Positions 41,260 to 50,738 of a stretch of DNA of 60,895 nucleotides are shown here, piece by piece; position 1 is the first letter of the stretch, and each line of letters begins with the position of its first letter. A program made the translations under genes and the position numbers. A model generated the notes under the pieces. That model searched no databases. It worked only from the letters and a program-made list of their open reading frames with translations, and was not told the origin of the DNA. The DNA is from a virus (lineage: Duplodnaviria; Caudoviricetes), in IMG/VR virus record IMGVR_UViG_3300012936_000012, positions 1 through 60,895 of that record; one strand, given 5' to 3'.

Positions 41260-43101
41260 ATGATAATTGATACAGTAAAAGAACTTGTTAAGTTAAAACA
41301 AAACGCAATACTTGCAAAAGAAATTGCGTTTGATACAGAGACAAATAGTCTTGATTTTGACAGGAAAATGATTGGGTTTTCCTTGGCATTTAAGATAAAC
41401 GATGTCTTAGAGTCGTTCTACGTGCCGACAAGACATGAAGCAGGGTTTGATCTTTTTGCAATACCACCAAAGAACTGTCCGTTAAATGAGGCCTTAGAGT
41501 TACTTGAAACGCTCTTTAGCGATGAAACTAAAACTATCTATATACACAATGCTAAGTTTGATATCAAAGTCCTTAGAAACGAAGGTATAGACCCTGTTCT
41601 AATAAAAGCAAAAGTTGTAGACACTCTCTGTGTGTCTTGGTTAGCAGATCCAGGTAAGAAGGGTGGTCATGGTCTAAAGACTCTTGTAAGAGAGTTCCTA
41701 GGCTATGAAATGACCACGTTTAATGAAGTGATCAAAGGGCATGGAGGCAATGAATATGTGCCAGTTTCTACAATGGGAAAGTATGCAGCAGATGATGCTT
41801 TGTATTTGTACAAGCTAAAAGACTTATTGCTTCCGCTACTGAATGATGCTCAACTAAAAGTATTACATGAACTAGAGATGCCTCTGGTCTATATCTTAGA
41901 AGAAATGGAACATTTTGGCTTTAAGTTTGATGTAGATAAAGTAAAAGAAGCAAGTGTAATAATGAGACAACGTCTAAATGAGATTAAGACCAAATTTTCC
42001 TTAATTCTAGGTGAAGAGGCTCAGATCGGGTCTTCTCAGTGGTTGAGTAAGAATCTTTGTGATGACTGTTGGGGGACAAAAGGAGTCCCTAAGGGGAAAA
42101 ATGGGTACTACTCTACTGCTAATGAGTATTTAGAGAAGTGGGCAGAAGGTTCGATTATAGGGACAACAAAAGTAGGAAGATCGATTGCTAGATTGGTCTT
42201 GGAGTACCGAAAACTATCGAAGATGTTGTCTACATATTGCGAAAAACTCCCAAAGCACGTGGACTCTAATAATCGCATACACGGCTCATTCAATCAGTTT
42301 GGCACAGAGACAGGGCGTATGTCCTCTTCTAACCCAAATCTGCAGAATATACCCTCTAGTAGAACTGAAGAGGGTGATTTACTGAGGAAGTCATTTATTG
42401 CAGATAATGGCTACAAGTTAATTGTAGCGGATTATTCTCAGGTTGAATTAAGAGTTATGGCACATTTATCAAAAGACCCAGTAATGCTTAATGTTTACCA
42501 ACAAAATCAAGACAATCAAGGAGATATACATCAGTTAACTGCAGATGCTTGTGGGTGTTCTCGATATCAAGCAAAAGGAATTAACTTCGGGTTGATTTAT
42601 AAAATGGGTGCTAAAACTCTAAGTAAGAAACTAGGGGTGTCTGTGTCTGAGGCTCAATCTTACTCTGATAAATATTTTGCAAACTATGCAGGTGTCGTAA
42701 GCTTCCATCAGAGGCTTGTTCGGGCAGTAAGGGAAAAGGGTTATGTTTGGACGATTACAGGACGTATTAGAAAGCTTTTGCAGATCAACTTAGGGGATTC
42801 TTTTAATCGTTCAAAAGCAGAGCGTCAAGCGATCAATACAAGAGTCCAAGGAAGCGCTGCAGATATCATCAAAATCGGTATGAGAAACTTCATCCGACGA
42901 GTAAGAGAAGAAGAGGGCTACACACGAGAAGACGTAAGAATCGTATGTCAAGTACATGATGAAGTTGTTGTTGAAGCCAAGCAAGAAATTAGTGATCGTA
43001 TAGCAGGAATACTAAAGTTTGAGTTAGAAAGTTGTGTGAAGCTTATTGTTCCTTTAATCGCAGATCCTGCGATTGGTGATTCCTGGGGAGAAGCAAAATG
43101 A
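41260..43101 (+). CDS. polA: DNA polymerase, family A (3'-5' exonuclease plus polymerase)
   Basis: FDTET, HNAKFD, YAADDA, TGRMSSSNPNLQNIP, ADYSQVELR, AKGINFGLIY, QGSAAD, QVHDE. Confidence 0.95.
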   Translation: MIIDTVKELVKLKQNAILAKEIAFDTETNSLDFDRKMIGFSLAFKINDVLESFYVPTRHEAGFDLFAIPPKNCPLNEALELLETLFSDETKTIYIHNAKFDIKVLRNEGIDPVLIKAKVVDTLCVSWLADPGKKGGHGLKTLVREFLGYEMTTFNEVIKGHGGNEYVPVSTMGKYAADDALYLYKLKDLLLPLLNDAQLKVLHELEMPLVYILEEMEHFGFKFDVDKVKEASVIMRQRLNEIKTKFSLILGEEAQIGSSQWLSKNLCDDCWGTKGVPKGKNGYYSTANEYLEKWAEGSIIGTTKVGRSIARLVLEYRKLSKMLSTYCEKLPKHVDSNNRIHGSFNQFGTETGRMSSSNPNLQNIPSSRTEEGDLLRKSFIADNGYKLIVADYSQVELRVMAHLSKDPVMLNVYQQNQDNQGDIHQLTADACGCSRYQAKGINFGLIYKMGAKTLSKKLGVSVSEAQSYSDKYFANYAGVVSFHQRLVRAVREKGYVWTITGRIRKLLQINLGDSFNRSKAERQAINTRVQGSAADIIKIGMRNFIRRVREEEGYTREDVRIVCQVHDEVVVEAKQEISDRIAGILKFELESCVKLIVPLIADPAIGDSWGEAK

Positions 43102-44357
43102 AGGGTTGGGCTTTGCATCCTTTGTTCAATAAAGAAACAAAGGATGTATTGACTATAAACGACATGGAGTTGTTTACAAAACATCAAGGCAAATATTATG
43201 TGCCTCGTGGCTTCGAGCAATTTAAATATGTTGACTTTTCAACAACTATGCTTGGTGAAATGATGAATCCAATGATTGAGCCAATCAATCTTAGGGATTA
43301 TCAAGTTCCTGCAGTCAAAGCAGTGATTGAATACTTAGATGACCCACCTAAAGGAGCGATTCTTTTTGCACCTTGTGGCAAAGGAAAAACTGTCATGGGT
43401 TTAGAAATAGCTAGAAGACTAGGGCGTAAGGCTTTAGTGCTTGTCCATAAGGAATTCTTAGTAGACCAATGGATTGAACGCGCAAATACGTTCTTACCTC
43501 AAGCTAAAATCGGAGTTTGGCAAAGAGACACTGTACCTTCTGGTAAAGAGGATATTGTTATTGCTATGGTGCAGTCGATATGTAAAAGAGAGTATCCAAA
43601 GGAGATTTATGATTTATTTGGGACTGTCATTGCAGATGAAACACACAGATATGCCGCGCCAATGTGGCAGAAAGCTTTTGGGCGTTTCGATTCTGCATAT
43701 CGAGTAGGATTGACTGCTACACCTGAACGTAAAGATGGGATGCAGAAAGCTCTGTTTCTCCACATAGGGCCAATCGTATATGAGATGGAAGGACATAAGA
43801 GAATACCGACGATTTGGCGTATAAATACTGACTGCAGTATGAAAGTACCAAAACTTTGGAATGGAGACATAAATACTTCTAAAATGATCACAGACTTGTC
43901 TAAAATAGAAGACCGAACAGATCTTATTGTACGTATGACAAAAAGAGCTTTAACCAAAGGCCGCAAAATCCTTATTTTGAGCGAAAGAGTAGCTCACGTA
44001 AAAGAGATCAAGTCAATTTTGTCAAAAGATCTTCAAGAATCAGACTTTTCAGTTGATCTATACATCGGTGGTATGAATCAGAAAGCAAGAGATGAGTCTT
44101 CCAATGCAGATGTGATTGTAGGCACTTATGCAATGGCTCAAGAAGGATTAGATATTCCAGAATTAGACACGCTAATATTGGCAACACCAAAAACCTCAAT
44201 AACTCAATCAGTAGGTAGAATACTTCGAGATGCCCCAGACAAAAAAGACCCTGTTGTTTTAGACTTGGTAGACCCTAAAATCGGCATCTTAAACGCATAT
44301 TGGGGCGCTAGGAAAAAAACATATAATAAGTTGGGGTATCATATACTTATTAACTGA
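43098..44357 (+). CDS. Superfamily 2 DExH helicase (UvsW/XPB-like)
   Basis: LRDYQ, PCGKGKT, DETH, GLTATPER, EGLDIP, QSVGRILR. Confidence 0.9.
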   Translation: MKGWALHPLFNKETKDVLTINDMELFTKHQGKYYVPRGFEQFKYVDFSTTMLGEMMNPMIEPINLRDYQVPAVKAVIEYLDDPPKGAILFAPCGKGKTVMGLEIARRLGRKALVLVHKEFLVDQWIERANTFLPQAKIGVWQRDTVPSGKEDIVIAMVQSICKREYPKEIYDLFGTVIADETHRYAAPMWQKAFGRFDSAYRVGLTATPERKDGMQKALFLHIGPIVYEMEGHKRIPTIWRINTDCSMKVPKLWNGDINTSKMITDLSKIEDRTDLIVRMTKRALTKGRKILILSERVAHVKEIKSILSKDLQESDFSVDLYIGGMNQKARDESSNADVIVGTYAMAQEGLDIPELDTLILATPKTSITQSVGRILRDAPDKKDPVVLDLVDPKIGILNAYWGARKKTYNKLGYHILIN

Positions 44358-44433
44358 CTAACAATAGTAAGAAAACTCTTTACGTTGTTGAAGAAAATGT
44401 GTATATTTTTTGTTGTACAACACAAGGAGTAAA

Positions 44434-44812
44434 TATGAGTCCATACAAAGAGTATTATTCTGTTTTACAGAGAATTAAAGAACTAAATCTTGAGAAAGAG
44501 CGCCTTAAAAAGATTGTTTTAGAAGACTTAAAGCTAAAGGGTCAAATGTCATCCACAGAAGAGGGCGTGAAGGCTACATTGTCTATTAGACAGTCGATAA
44601 AATATAACAAAGAGGCAATTGCAAAATATATTGATTCGATGGGCTATAATTCAGAGGAGTTCTGTAAAACAGAGGTAGAATTAGACATGTCTAAAGTAAA
44701 CAAACGACTTATTGAACCAGGTATGATTAATTTAAAAGAAATTGCAAAATACACAGAACTTAAAACCACAGAGGTTTTACTTGTAAAGGAGTCTAACGAT
44801 GACAGTGAATAG
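44434..44812 (+). CDS. Hypothetical protein
   Basis: AAGGAG RBS before ATG 44434. Confidence 0.5.
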
Positions 44813-45356
44813 AACAGACTACATGAAAGAGTATTATGAACAAAACAAAGAACGTATTCTAAAAAGCCGAAAAGTAAGATATGACAATGATCCTACTTAT
44901 CGAAACAAGCTTGCTAGAAACAGGTCTGAGACAAGAAAAAGGTTTAGGGAACTTGAGAGATTAAAGCTAAAAAAGAAATCCATTGAGAATGGAGAAGAGT
45001 TTGTTGTCGAGTCTGGAAAAAAGATGAAGGTGAAAACTCCAAACGGGAAAGAAGCTTTGGTACACATGTACACTTTGGGTCAATTATGTGACATAGTCGG
45101 ACTAAAGAAGGCTTCTGTAATAAATTGGATCAATTCGGGTAAATTACCTGAGTCAACTTACAGAAATCAAAACAATTGGCGACTCTATACAGATGATCAA
45201 ATAAGAGCAATAAAGTCTGTAATTGATGCCGAAATGTCCATTTGCAATAGAAACAAGAGGTCATTAAGGATGACCAACAAATTATCTTCTTTGTTTTATG
45301 AGAAGTTTGATGAATTAGAGTTTGGTGTTAACCCAGAAAGATTAAAAGAGGTTTAA
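44799..45356 (+). CDS. MerR-like HTH DNA-binding protein
   Basis: YTLGQLCDIVG....VINW...GKLP..RNQNNWRLYTDDQI. Confidence 0.7.
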   Translation: MTVNRTDYMKEYYEQNKERILKSRKVRYDNDPTYRNKLARNRSETRKRFRELERLKLKKKSIENGEEFVVESGKKMKVKTPNGKEALVHMYTLGQLCDIVGLKKASVINWINSGKLPESTYRNQNNWRLYTDDQIRAIKSVIDAEMSICNRNKRSLRMTNKLSSLFYEKFDELEFGVNPERLKEV

Positions 45357-45359
45357 TTT

Positions 45360-45572
45360 ATGGAAGAAAAGAAAACTGCAGTAGTTAAAGTTTCCGCATG
45401 TACAACAATAAATCTTGGTAATTATGAGAATGCAAAAATTGAAGCGGGAATTGAGTTGCCTGTGCCTGCATCGCCTTCTAAAATCAAGAAAGGCTATGAT
45501 GACGCATGGAAAGAGGTTTATCGGCAACTTGAGATGAAGGTTGCAGAGATAAAAAAAGGTCGTTCTAAATGA
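45360..45572 (+). CDS. Conserved small phage protein
   Basis: TINLGNYENAKIEAG motif. Confidence 0.55.
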   Translation: MEEKKTAVVKVSACTTINLGNYENAKIEAGIELPVPASPSKIKKGYDDAWKEVYRQLEMKVAEIKKGRSK

Positions 45573-46687
45573 GTTTTAAAGACCTTCTAAAAGACATCAA
45601 CAAAAGATACGGTGAAGACTGTATTGTACAAGCCTCTCAGTCTGATCGACTTGAAAAAAGAAATCGAATCCAAACGGGGATTTTGTCTTTTGATATAGCA
45701 GCAGGTGGAGGAGTTCCTTTAGGTACAATAATGACATTGAAAGGGGAATATTCAAGCGGAAAATCTGCTTTAGCTCATCGCATAGGCGCTGCATTTCAAA
45801 GGCATTGCAGAAACTGTGGTAATCCTATGATTGACTGGCAGGAGAACATTCAAGATGGATCACAAGTTGCTTGTTGCAAAAATCCAGAGAAGATGAGGGT
45901 TGTTTGGTTTGATGCGGAAGGGTCATATCAAAATGATTGGGCTACGAAGCTTGGGATGTTTCCAAATAACACATATGTCATTCGTACAGAGTTTGCAGAG
46001 CAGGGAATTGACATCGCAGACATGGCCATTCGGTCGGGTGAATGTGATCTACTAGTAGTTGACTCAATCGCTCACTTAACACCAAGTGTAGAAATTGAGC
46101 AGTCTTCGGAAAAGTGGCAAGTGGGAACGATGGCTCGATTGATGAACAAGGCCATGAGAAAGTGGGTGTCTGCTCAAAATGCAGTTGGTCTTGAGAAGAA
46201 GGTTGCACCAACAATTCTTTTGATCAATCAAATTAGAATGAAAGTGGGAGTGTTTTATGGAAACCCAGAGACTTCTCCAGGGGGAAAAGGAATTGACTTT
46301 GCGTCTTCGATTATCTGCAAAGTAAAGAAGAAGGGCTATATTGAAGAAACAAAAGGAGGAGTACCATTGGGTCAAGATATTGAGGTTGTCTTCCAAAAAA
46401 ACAAAACTGCTCCACCAAACCGATCTGCATTATTTAGTCTTTTCTTCAAGGATACTGATGATTATTTTACTGGAGCTTCAAACATTGCAGAGCAAGTCAT
46501 TTTATTTGCAGAGTATTGGGGTTTCATTGAAAGAAAAGGATCTTGGTATGTAATAGACGAAAATCACAGATATCAAGGGGCAAAGAAGGCGGGAGAGGCA
46601 CTGTTAAATGACTACACATTGCTTTGCCAACTAAGAGATAAGATTATTGAAAAAGAAATAGGATGGCTTTCGGGAGGAGGCCAATGA
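45569..46687 (+). CDS. recA: RecA/UvsX recombinase with Cys-rich insertion
   Basis: TG..SFDIA.GGG.P.G, GEYSSGKS, DAEGS, VVDSIA, ARLM, INQIR, GNPETSPGG, KNKTAPP. Confidence 0.9.
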   Translation: MSFKDLLKDINKRYGEDCIVQASQSDRLEKRNRIQTGILSFDIAAGGGVPLGTIMTLKGEYSSGKSALAHRIGAAFQRHCRNCGNPMIDWQENIQDGSQVACCKNPEKMRVVWFDAEGSYQNDWATKLGMFPNNTYVIRTEFAEQGIDIADMAIRSGECDLLVVDSIAHLTPSVEIEQSSEKWQVGTMARLMNKAMRKWVSAQNAVGLEKKVAPTILLINQIRMKVGVFYGNPETSPGGKGIDFASSIICKVKKKGYIEETKGGVPLGQDIEVVFQKNKTAPPNRSALFSLFFKDTDDYFTGASNIAEQVILFAEYWGFIERKGSWYVIDENHRYQGAKKAGEALLNDYTLLCQLRDKIIEKEIGWLSGGGQ

Positions 46688-47079
46688 AGAAAACTTCTTT
46701 AGGAAGTAAAAAACCTAAGCCAAGTTTTTTTGAAGAGGTCAAGAAAGACAATAAGTCACGTTCTGCAAGGCACGAGAACAGGCTTCAAGGTGTTTTGAGA
46801 TCAAAGACAACCCCTAACAGTGGTGCTTTGCCAAATCTTTCTCAAAAAGGAGATCTACGAGATCAACTTTTTGTTTGGCAAGCTAAACTAACAGACAAAG
46901 ACCGATTTACAATCACTTCTGACGTGATTGTGGAACTGAAAAGACAAGCGTCATTAACTGGTAAGTGGCCTGGTATCTGTTTGACTATAGAGGGGTTGCC
47001 GAATCATGTTGAAAAGGATTGGGTATGTATACCCGCAAATATATTTGCAGAACTAATTGACAACTATAAGGATACATGA
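46684..47079 (+). CDS. Holliday junction resolvase-like PD-(D/E)xK nuclease
   Basis: HENR, TPNSGA, KGD, QAKLT. Confidence 0.65.
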   Translation: MKKTSLGSKKPKPSFFEEVKKDNKSRSARHENRLQGVLRSKTTPNSGALPNLSQKGDLRDQLFVWQAKLTDKDRFTITSDVIVELKRQASLTGKWPGICLTIEGLPNHVEKDWVCIPANIFAELIDNYKDT

Positions 47080-47086
47080 CAATAAT
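47057..47086 (+). promoter_or_regulatory. Candidate sigma70-type promoter upstream of parB
   Basis: TTGACA-N18-AATAAT, followed by a GTCTTTTCAACA copy at 47091. Confidence 0.4.
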
Positions 47087-47124
47087 CATTGTCTTTTCAA
47101 CAACTTCAAGACAAAGGATATGAC

Positions 47125-48006
47125 ATGGAAGTGAAAAAGATAAAGGTAAGCCAAATCGACCTCAACTTAATTACAAATTCCAGAGTTAATATTGATGTTG
47201 ATGATCTTGCAGAGAGTATTGCAACATCAGGGCTAAACAATCCTGTTGGAGTATGTCAGACTGTAGATGGCCGCTATGGTCTAGTTTATGGTTTTAGAAG
47301 ATTCAATGCAGTATCTCGATTGGGTTGGGATGAAATTGATTGCCGCGTTATGAGTGGATTAGATCAATCAGAACTTTTGATTATGAATCTACAAGAGAAT
47401 GTGAGTAGAAAGAACTTGAATCCTATGGAAGAGGCATTGGCAATTCAACGCATTCAAAATCTTGGCAGAGATGTAAATGAGTTTCGTAAAGAACTCGGTT
47501 GGTCTAAGACATTAATTAGTCAAAGATTAGCTTTACTTGAGATGTCTGAAGAAATTATTTACTCATTAAAAAACGATGATATCTCAGTCAATCAAGCGAG
47601 AGCAATAAATCAAGCTCCCGAAGATTTGCAAGAAGAGTTGATCGAATTAGCTAAGATCGGAACAACTGCTAAGTCTCTACGAGAAAAAGTAGACGAATTA
47701 CTAGAATATATTCCAGATGATGATGAAATATTGATTGACGACGACGATGATGTCGTTCAAAGATTATTTGAAGAAGAGAATGAGGTTGATAATGAAGTTT
47801 TGGCAAATTCAATAGCTTCTATGTTAACAAATTTTGGATCTTTATTTAAGAATGAAACTGGCTACTACAAGTTTAAGATTGCTATAAAATCCATTGATTT
47901 CACAGGCATGTCAAACGAAGATCTTAACTCACTTAATACTGCTTTAGAGCGCTTAACAGGACCAGACTGCTTGAATCTTTGGGGGGGCTTTAATGAGCCT
48001 CGATAA
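47125..48006 (+). CDS. parB: ParB/Spo0J-family protein (ParB-N plus HTH)
   Basis: LAESI..SGL.NPV, LVYGFRRF.A...LG, ENVSRKNLNPMEEA, HTH LGWSKTLISQRLALL; ATG 47125 after AAGGA. Confidence 0.85.
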   Translation: MEVKKIKVSQIDLNLITNSRVNIDVDDLAESIATSGLNNPVGVCQTVDGRYGLVYGFRRFNAVSRLGWDEIDCRVMSGLDQSELLIMNLQENVSRKNLNPMEEALAIQRIQNLGRDVNEFRKELGWSKTLISQRLALLEMSEEIIYSLKNDDISVNQARAINQAPEDLQEELIELAKIGTTAKSLREKVDELLEYIPDDDEILIDDDDDVVQRLFEEENEVDNEVLANSIASMLTNFGSLFKNETGYYKFKIAIKSIDFTGMSNEDLNSLNTALERLTGPDCLNLWGGFNEPR

Positions 48007-48850
48007 TTTATTTAAAATGATCCATAACCAAGGGAACATTGAAGACCCTTCGGTCTTGCCAAAAATTGAGCAGTTTTACTTACAGAAGTCCGAAGATCGA
48101 GACTATAATGTTATTTTGGATAAGATGACACGGTTTCACCCATCTTCCGTTTGCTATAACTCAGTTTGTTCAAGAAAGTATTCTATTGTTATGAATCGCA
48201 AACATTTTGGGGCAGAACTGAAGTTGACAGAGCCACACAAGACTTCATTGTTGCGTGTGTTTGACCACGGACACATGATACATGAGATGTATCAAGATAA
48301 GATACTTGCTAAGACAGGGTGTCTGTACGGAAAGTGGTATCACAGAGAAGACAACAAAATGATTGTAGAAGGGTTTTACCCTGGGGAAGGATGGTTGTAC
48401 CAAGAGCCTCGAATGAAGTGGCCTGAATACAGAATGAGTGGCTATGTGGATGGGCTTGTTGTGATCGAAGGTAAGTGGTATGTCTTAGAGATCAAAAGCA
48501 GCAATTCCAATTCATTTAAGTATATAAAGTCTGTTTCAAAAAAACCTAGAGATTATCATATGAAACAGGCTATGCTTTATTGCTTTGCTCCAAATGATAT
48601 TGAGAACGCAGGTGAGATTGAAGGTGCTATAATTCTTTATGTAAACAAAGAGACAGGGGAAGAGTTGGACTTCTTTGTTAAGAAAGATAAAGCAAAGATT
48701 GATCAAATATTAGAAGACATAGAGAATGCAATCTCTGCTTCTGAAAATAAAGAACTGCCTGGTCGAATAGAGGATTGTAAAACAATAAAAAGTCGATGTG
48801 CTAAAGAGTGTATCGCAAGAGACTTTTGCTTTAGTGAGGTGGCCAAATGA
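47993..48850 (+). CDS. Cas4-like PD-(D/E)xK exonuclease
   Basis: FHPSS..CSRK, G..IHE, SGYVDG, LEIKS, Q..LY, C-terminal Cys cluster. Confidence 0.8.
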   Translation: MSLDNLFKMIHNQGNIEDPSVLPKIEQFYLQKSEDRDYNVILDKMTRFHPSSVCYNSVCSRKYSIVMNRKHFGAELKLTEPHKTSLLRVFDHGHMIHEMYQDKILAKTGCLYGKWYHREDNKMIVEGFYPGEGWLYQEPRMKWPEYRMSGYVDGLVVIEGKWYVLEIKSSNSNSFKYIKSVSKKPRDYHMKQAMLYCFAPNDIENAGEIEGAIILYVNKETGEELDFFVKKDKAKIDQILEDIENAISASENKELPGRIEDCKTIKSRCAKECIARDFCFSEVAK

Positions 48851-49308
48851 GTGATTTGATAGCAAAGAAATCGATAACAAAATTGGTTTCTCTAGGGTTA
48901 GATGTTCCACATGGAAGAGAAGAGCATCTAGGCTTTCCAGAAGATCTTTCGTCTATACACATAGACGACTTAGGTGTTCATTTGTCTTATTGGGCAAGCA
49001 TGTGTTCTTATGTGCTTTATCAAATAAGTTTGGTTGAAGCAGAGCTAATTGTAAAGAAGCAGTCTTTAGAGGAAGAGTGTGACCTTCGGCTTTATTCTAA
49101 GATGAAGTCGTCTAATATAACTGCAACTCTAGCTAAGAGTGCAGTCGGTAGTTCTAGGTCTGTCTTAGAGCTTAAGAGATCGGTAGCACAAATTGAAGCG
49201 GACTTAAAAGTGTTAAAAGCAGTCTCTTTAGGGTATGATCTTAAGAACTCGGCAATAAGTCGAGAAATAAGCAGAAGACAACAAGAGAGGAATCTTAGAG
49301 ATGACTAA
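48847..49308 (+). CDS. Helical protein, possible UvsY-like recombination mediator
   Basis: Coiled coil ending SREISRR; recombination gene context. Confidence 0.4.
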   Translation: MSDLIAKKSITKLVSLGLDVPHGREEHLGFPEDLSSIHIDDLGVHLSYWASMCSYVLYQISLVEAELIVKKQSLEEECDLRLYSKMKSSNITATLAKSAVGSSRSVLELKRSVAQIEADLKVLKAVSLGYDLKNSAISREISRRQQERNLRDD

Positions 49309-49573
49309 AGGAACAATAAACTTGCGAGTAGCAGGAAGAAGCAGGGTCGATGCCGTTGCAGGATCTTGTGTTAAAAACATCGAAGAGGGTAAGTCTGTGA
49401 CATTGACTGCGATAGGTGCAGGTGCAGTCAATCAAATGCTAAAGGCTATCACTATCGCTCGATCCATGGGAGCAAGTAGCGGACTAGATATCTACTTCAA
49501 ATCGGGGTTCGCTACTGAAATCATTGGGGGCGAAGAGAAAACTGCATTAAAAGTATTTTTACATACAAAGTAG
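49301..49573 (+). CDS. spoVS: SpoVS-family (Alba-like) protein
   Basis: LRVAGRS...VAG, AIGAGAVNQ.LKAI.IAR, F....I.GEEKTA. Confidence 0.85.
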   Translation: MTKGTINLRVAGRSRVDAVAGSCVKNIEEGKSVTLTAIGAGAVNQMLKAITIARSMGASSGLDIYFKSGFATEIIGGEEKTALKVFLHTK

Positions 49574-49579
49574 GTTGCC

Positions 49580-49903
49580 ATGTTTACGATTGTGTATAAA
49601 ATACAAATGCCATCAGGAATACTTATTTTTGAAGTAGAGCTGATGATAACAGACCTTGATGATCAAGGTAATGGAGTCAATGCTAAAGAACTAAAGCAAG
49701 TGCTTACTGAGTGGTGGGAATCGGATAGTCCCAAAGACACTCCAGAAGAAGCTTGTCTTGGTGCTTGGGCAACGATTACTGATTATTTAGTCAATACAAA
49801 ACAACATCCACGAGTTCAATGCTCTGAAGTTTTTTTAGAAACATCTGGACTCAAAATTTCATTTAAACCAACAGAAGACACATGGAGTAAGCTAGATGTC
49901 TGA
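49580..49903 (+). CDS. Hypothetical protein, possibly a degenerate QueD/PTPS T-fold
   Basis: LDDQG..V..KELK, TPEE, VFLET resemble QueD segments; the HGH Zn motif is absent. Confidence 0.35.
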   Translation: MFTIVYKIQMPSGILIFEVELMITDLDDQGNGVNAKELKQVLTEWWESDSPKDTPEEACLGAWATITDYLVNTKQHPRVQCSEVFLETSGLKISFKPTEDTWSKLDV

Positions 49904-50285
49904 GTACAAAGAAAATGTCGATGCATTTGACAACGAAGAAGAAATCATTGAAGCATCTGAACCACAAGTTGAAAGTCCTTCACAAGTTGAAAACCCTTCA
50001 CAAGAAGAAGTCTCATCTGAAATTGATGAAGACGTTGAAACTGCAGTTCTGTTAATTCTAAAGAAGAGTGGGGCAGTTTTGCCTATTTCTGATTTAGATA
50101 ACTTGAAAATGGAGCGAAAAGCTACTGCACATGATGTTTTGCGTATGTGTGCAGACGTACAAGACCAAGTCTCTTCTATTCGTGTTGTGGGCGAGTTAGC
50201 TCAAATTTTCCAACATCTTACCCAAGAGAATCTCAAAGCAGTAGCACATTTATTGTCTAGTAAGATGAAAGAGAATATCCAATAG
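49896..50285 (+). CDS. Hypothetical acidic protein
   Basis: PQVE/SQVE short repeats. Confidence 0.5.
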   Translation: MSEYKENVDAFDNEEEIIEASEPQVESPSQVENPSQEEVSSEIDEDVETAVLLILKKSGAVLPISDLDNLKMERKATAHDVLRMCADVQDQVSSIRVVGELAQIFQHLTQENLKAVAHLLSSKMKENIQ

Positions 50286-50329
50286 TAATATGTTATATTA
50301 AGGGTATACGTTTCACAAAGGAGTTTTGT

Positions 50330-50707
50330 ATGCCCAAAAAATATGACGATTCATGGTTTGTTCCACCAAAAGGAGTCCGAACTGCAGCAGAGCGTGGACT
50401 TAAAAACAGAAAAAAGTACGGACGAGGTGGTTTATCAAATAAACAAGCCTCAGAACAAGGAATTGGTTCTGGGGTCCAACGTGCCGTAAATTTAAAGAAC
50501 GGAAACAAGGTTTCTCCTCAGACGATAAGAAGGATGAAATCTTTCTTCGCTCGACATGAAAAAAACAAGAACTCTCGTAAACCAGATGGTTCGCCAGGAG
50601 CGGGAAAAATTGCTTGGGATCTTTGGGGTGGAGATGCAGGAAAGCGTTGGGCAGAGTCAGTTGATCGAAAGATGAAGAGAGCGGACGAACAGGTTAAAAA
50701 GAAATAA
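50330..50707 (+). CDS. Conserved basic phage domain protein
   Basis: PPKGVR.AA.RGL, IRRMKSFFARH, IAWDLWGGDAG.RWA; AGGAG RBS. Confidence 0.6.
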   Translation: MPKKYDDSWFVPPKGVRTAAERGLKNRKKYGRGGLSNKQASEQGIGSGVQRAVNLKNGNKVSPQTIRRMKSFFARHEKNKNSRKPDGSPGAGKIAWDLWGGDAGKRWAESVDRKMKRADEQVKKK

Positions 50708-50738
50708 TTAATATGACTTTTCAACAAAAGGATAAGAC

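Noticed and set aside
47993-48850. Cas4-like gene as evidence of a CRISPR system
   Set aside because: No repeat-spacer array or other cas genes; solo Cas4-like nucleases are common in phage recombination modules
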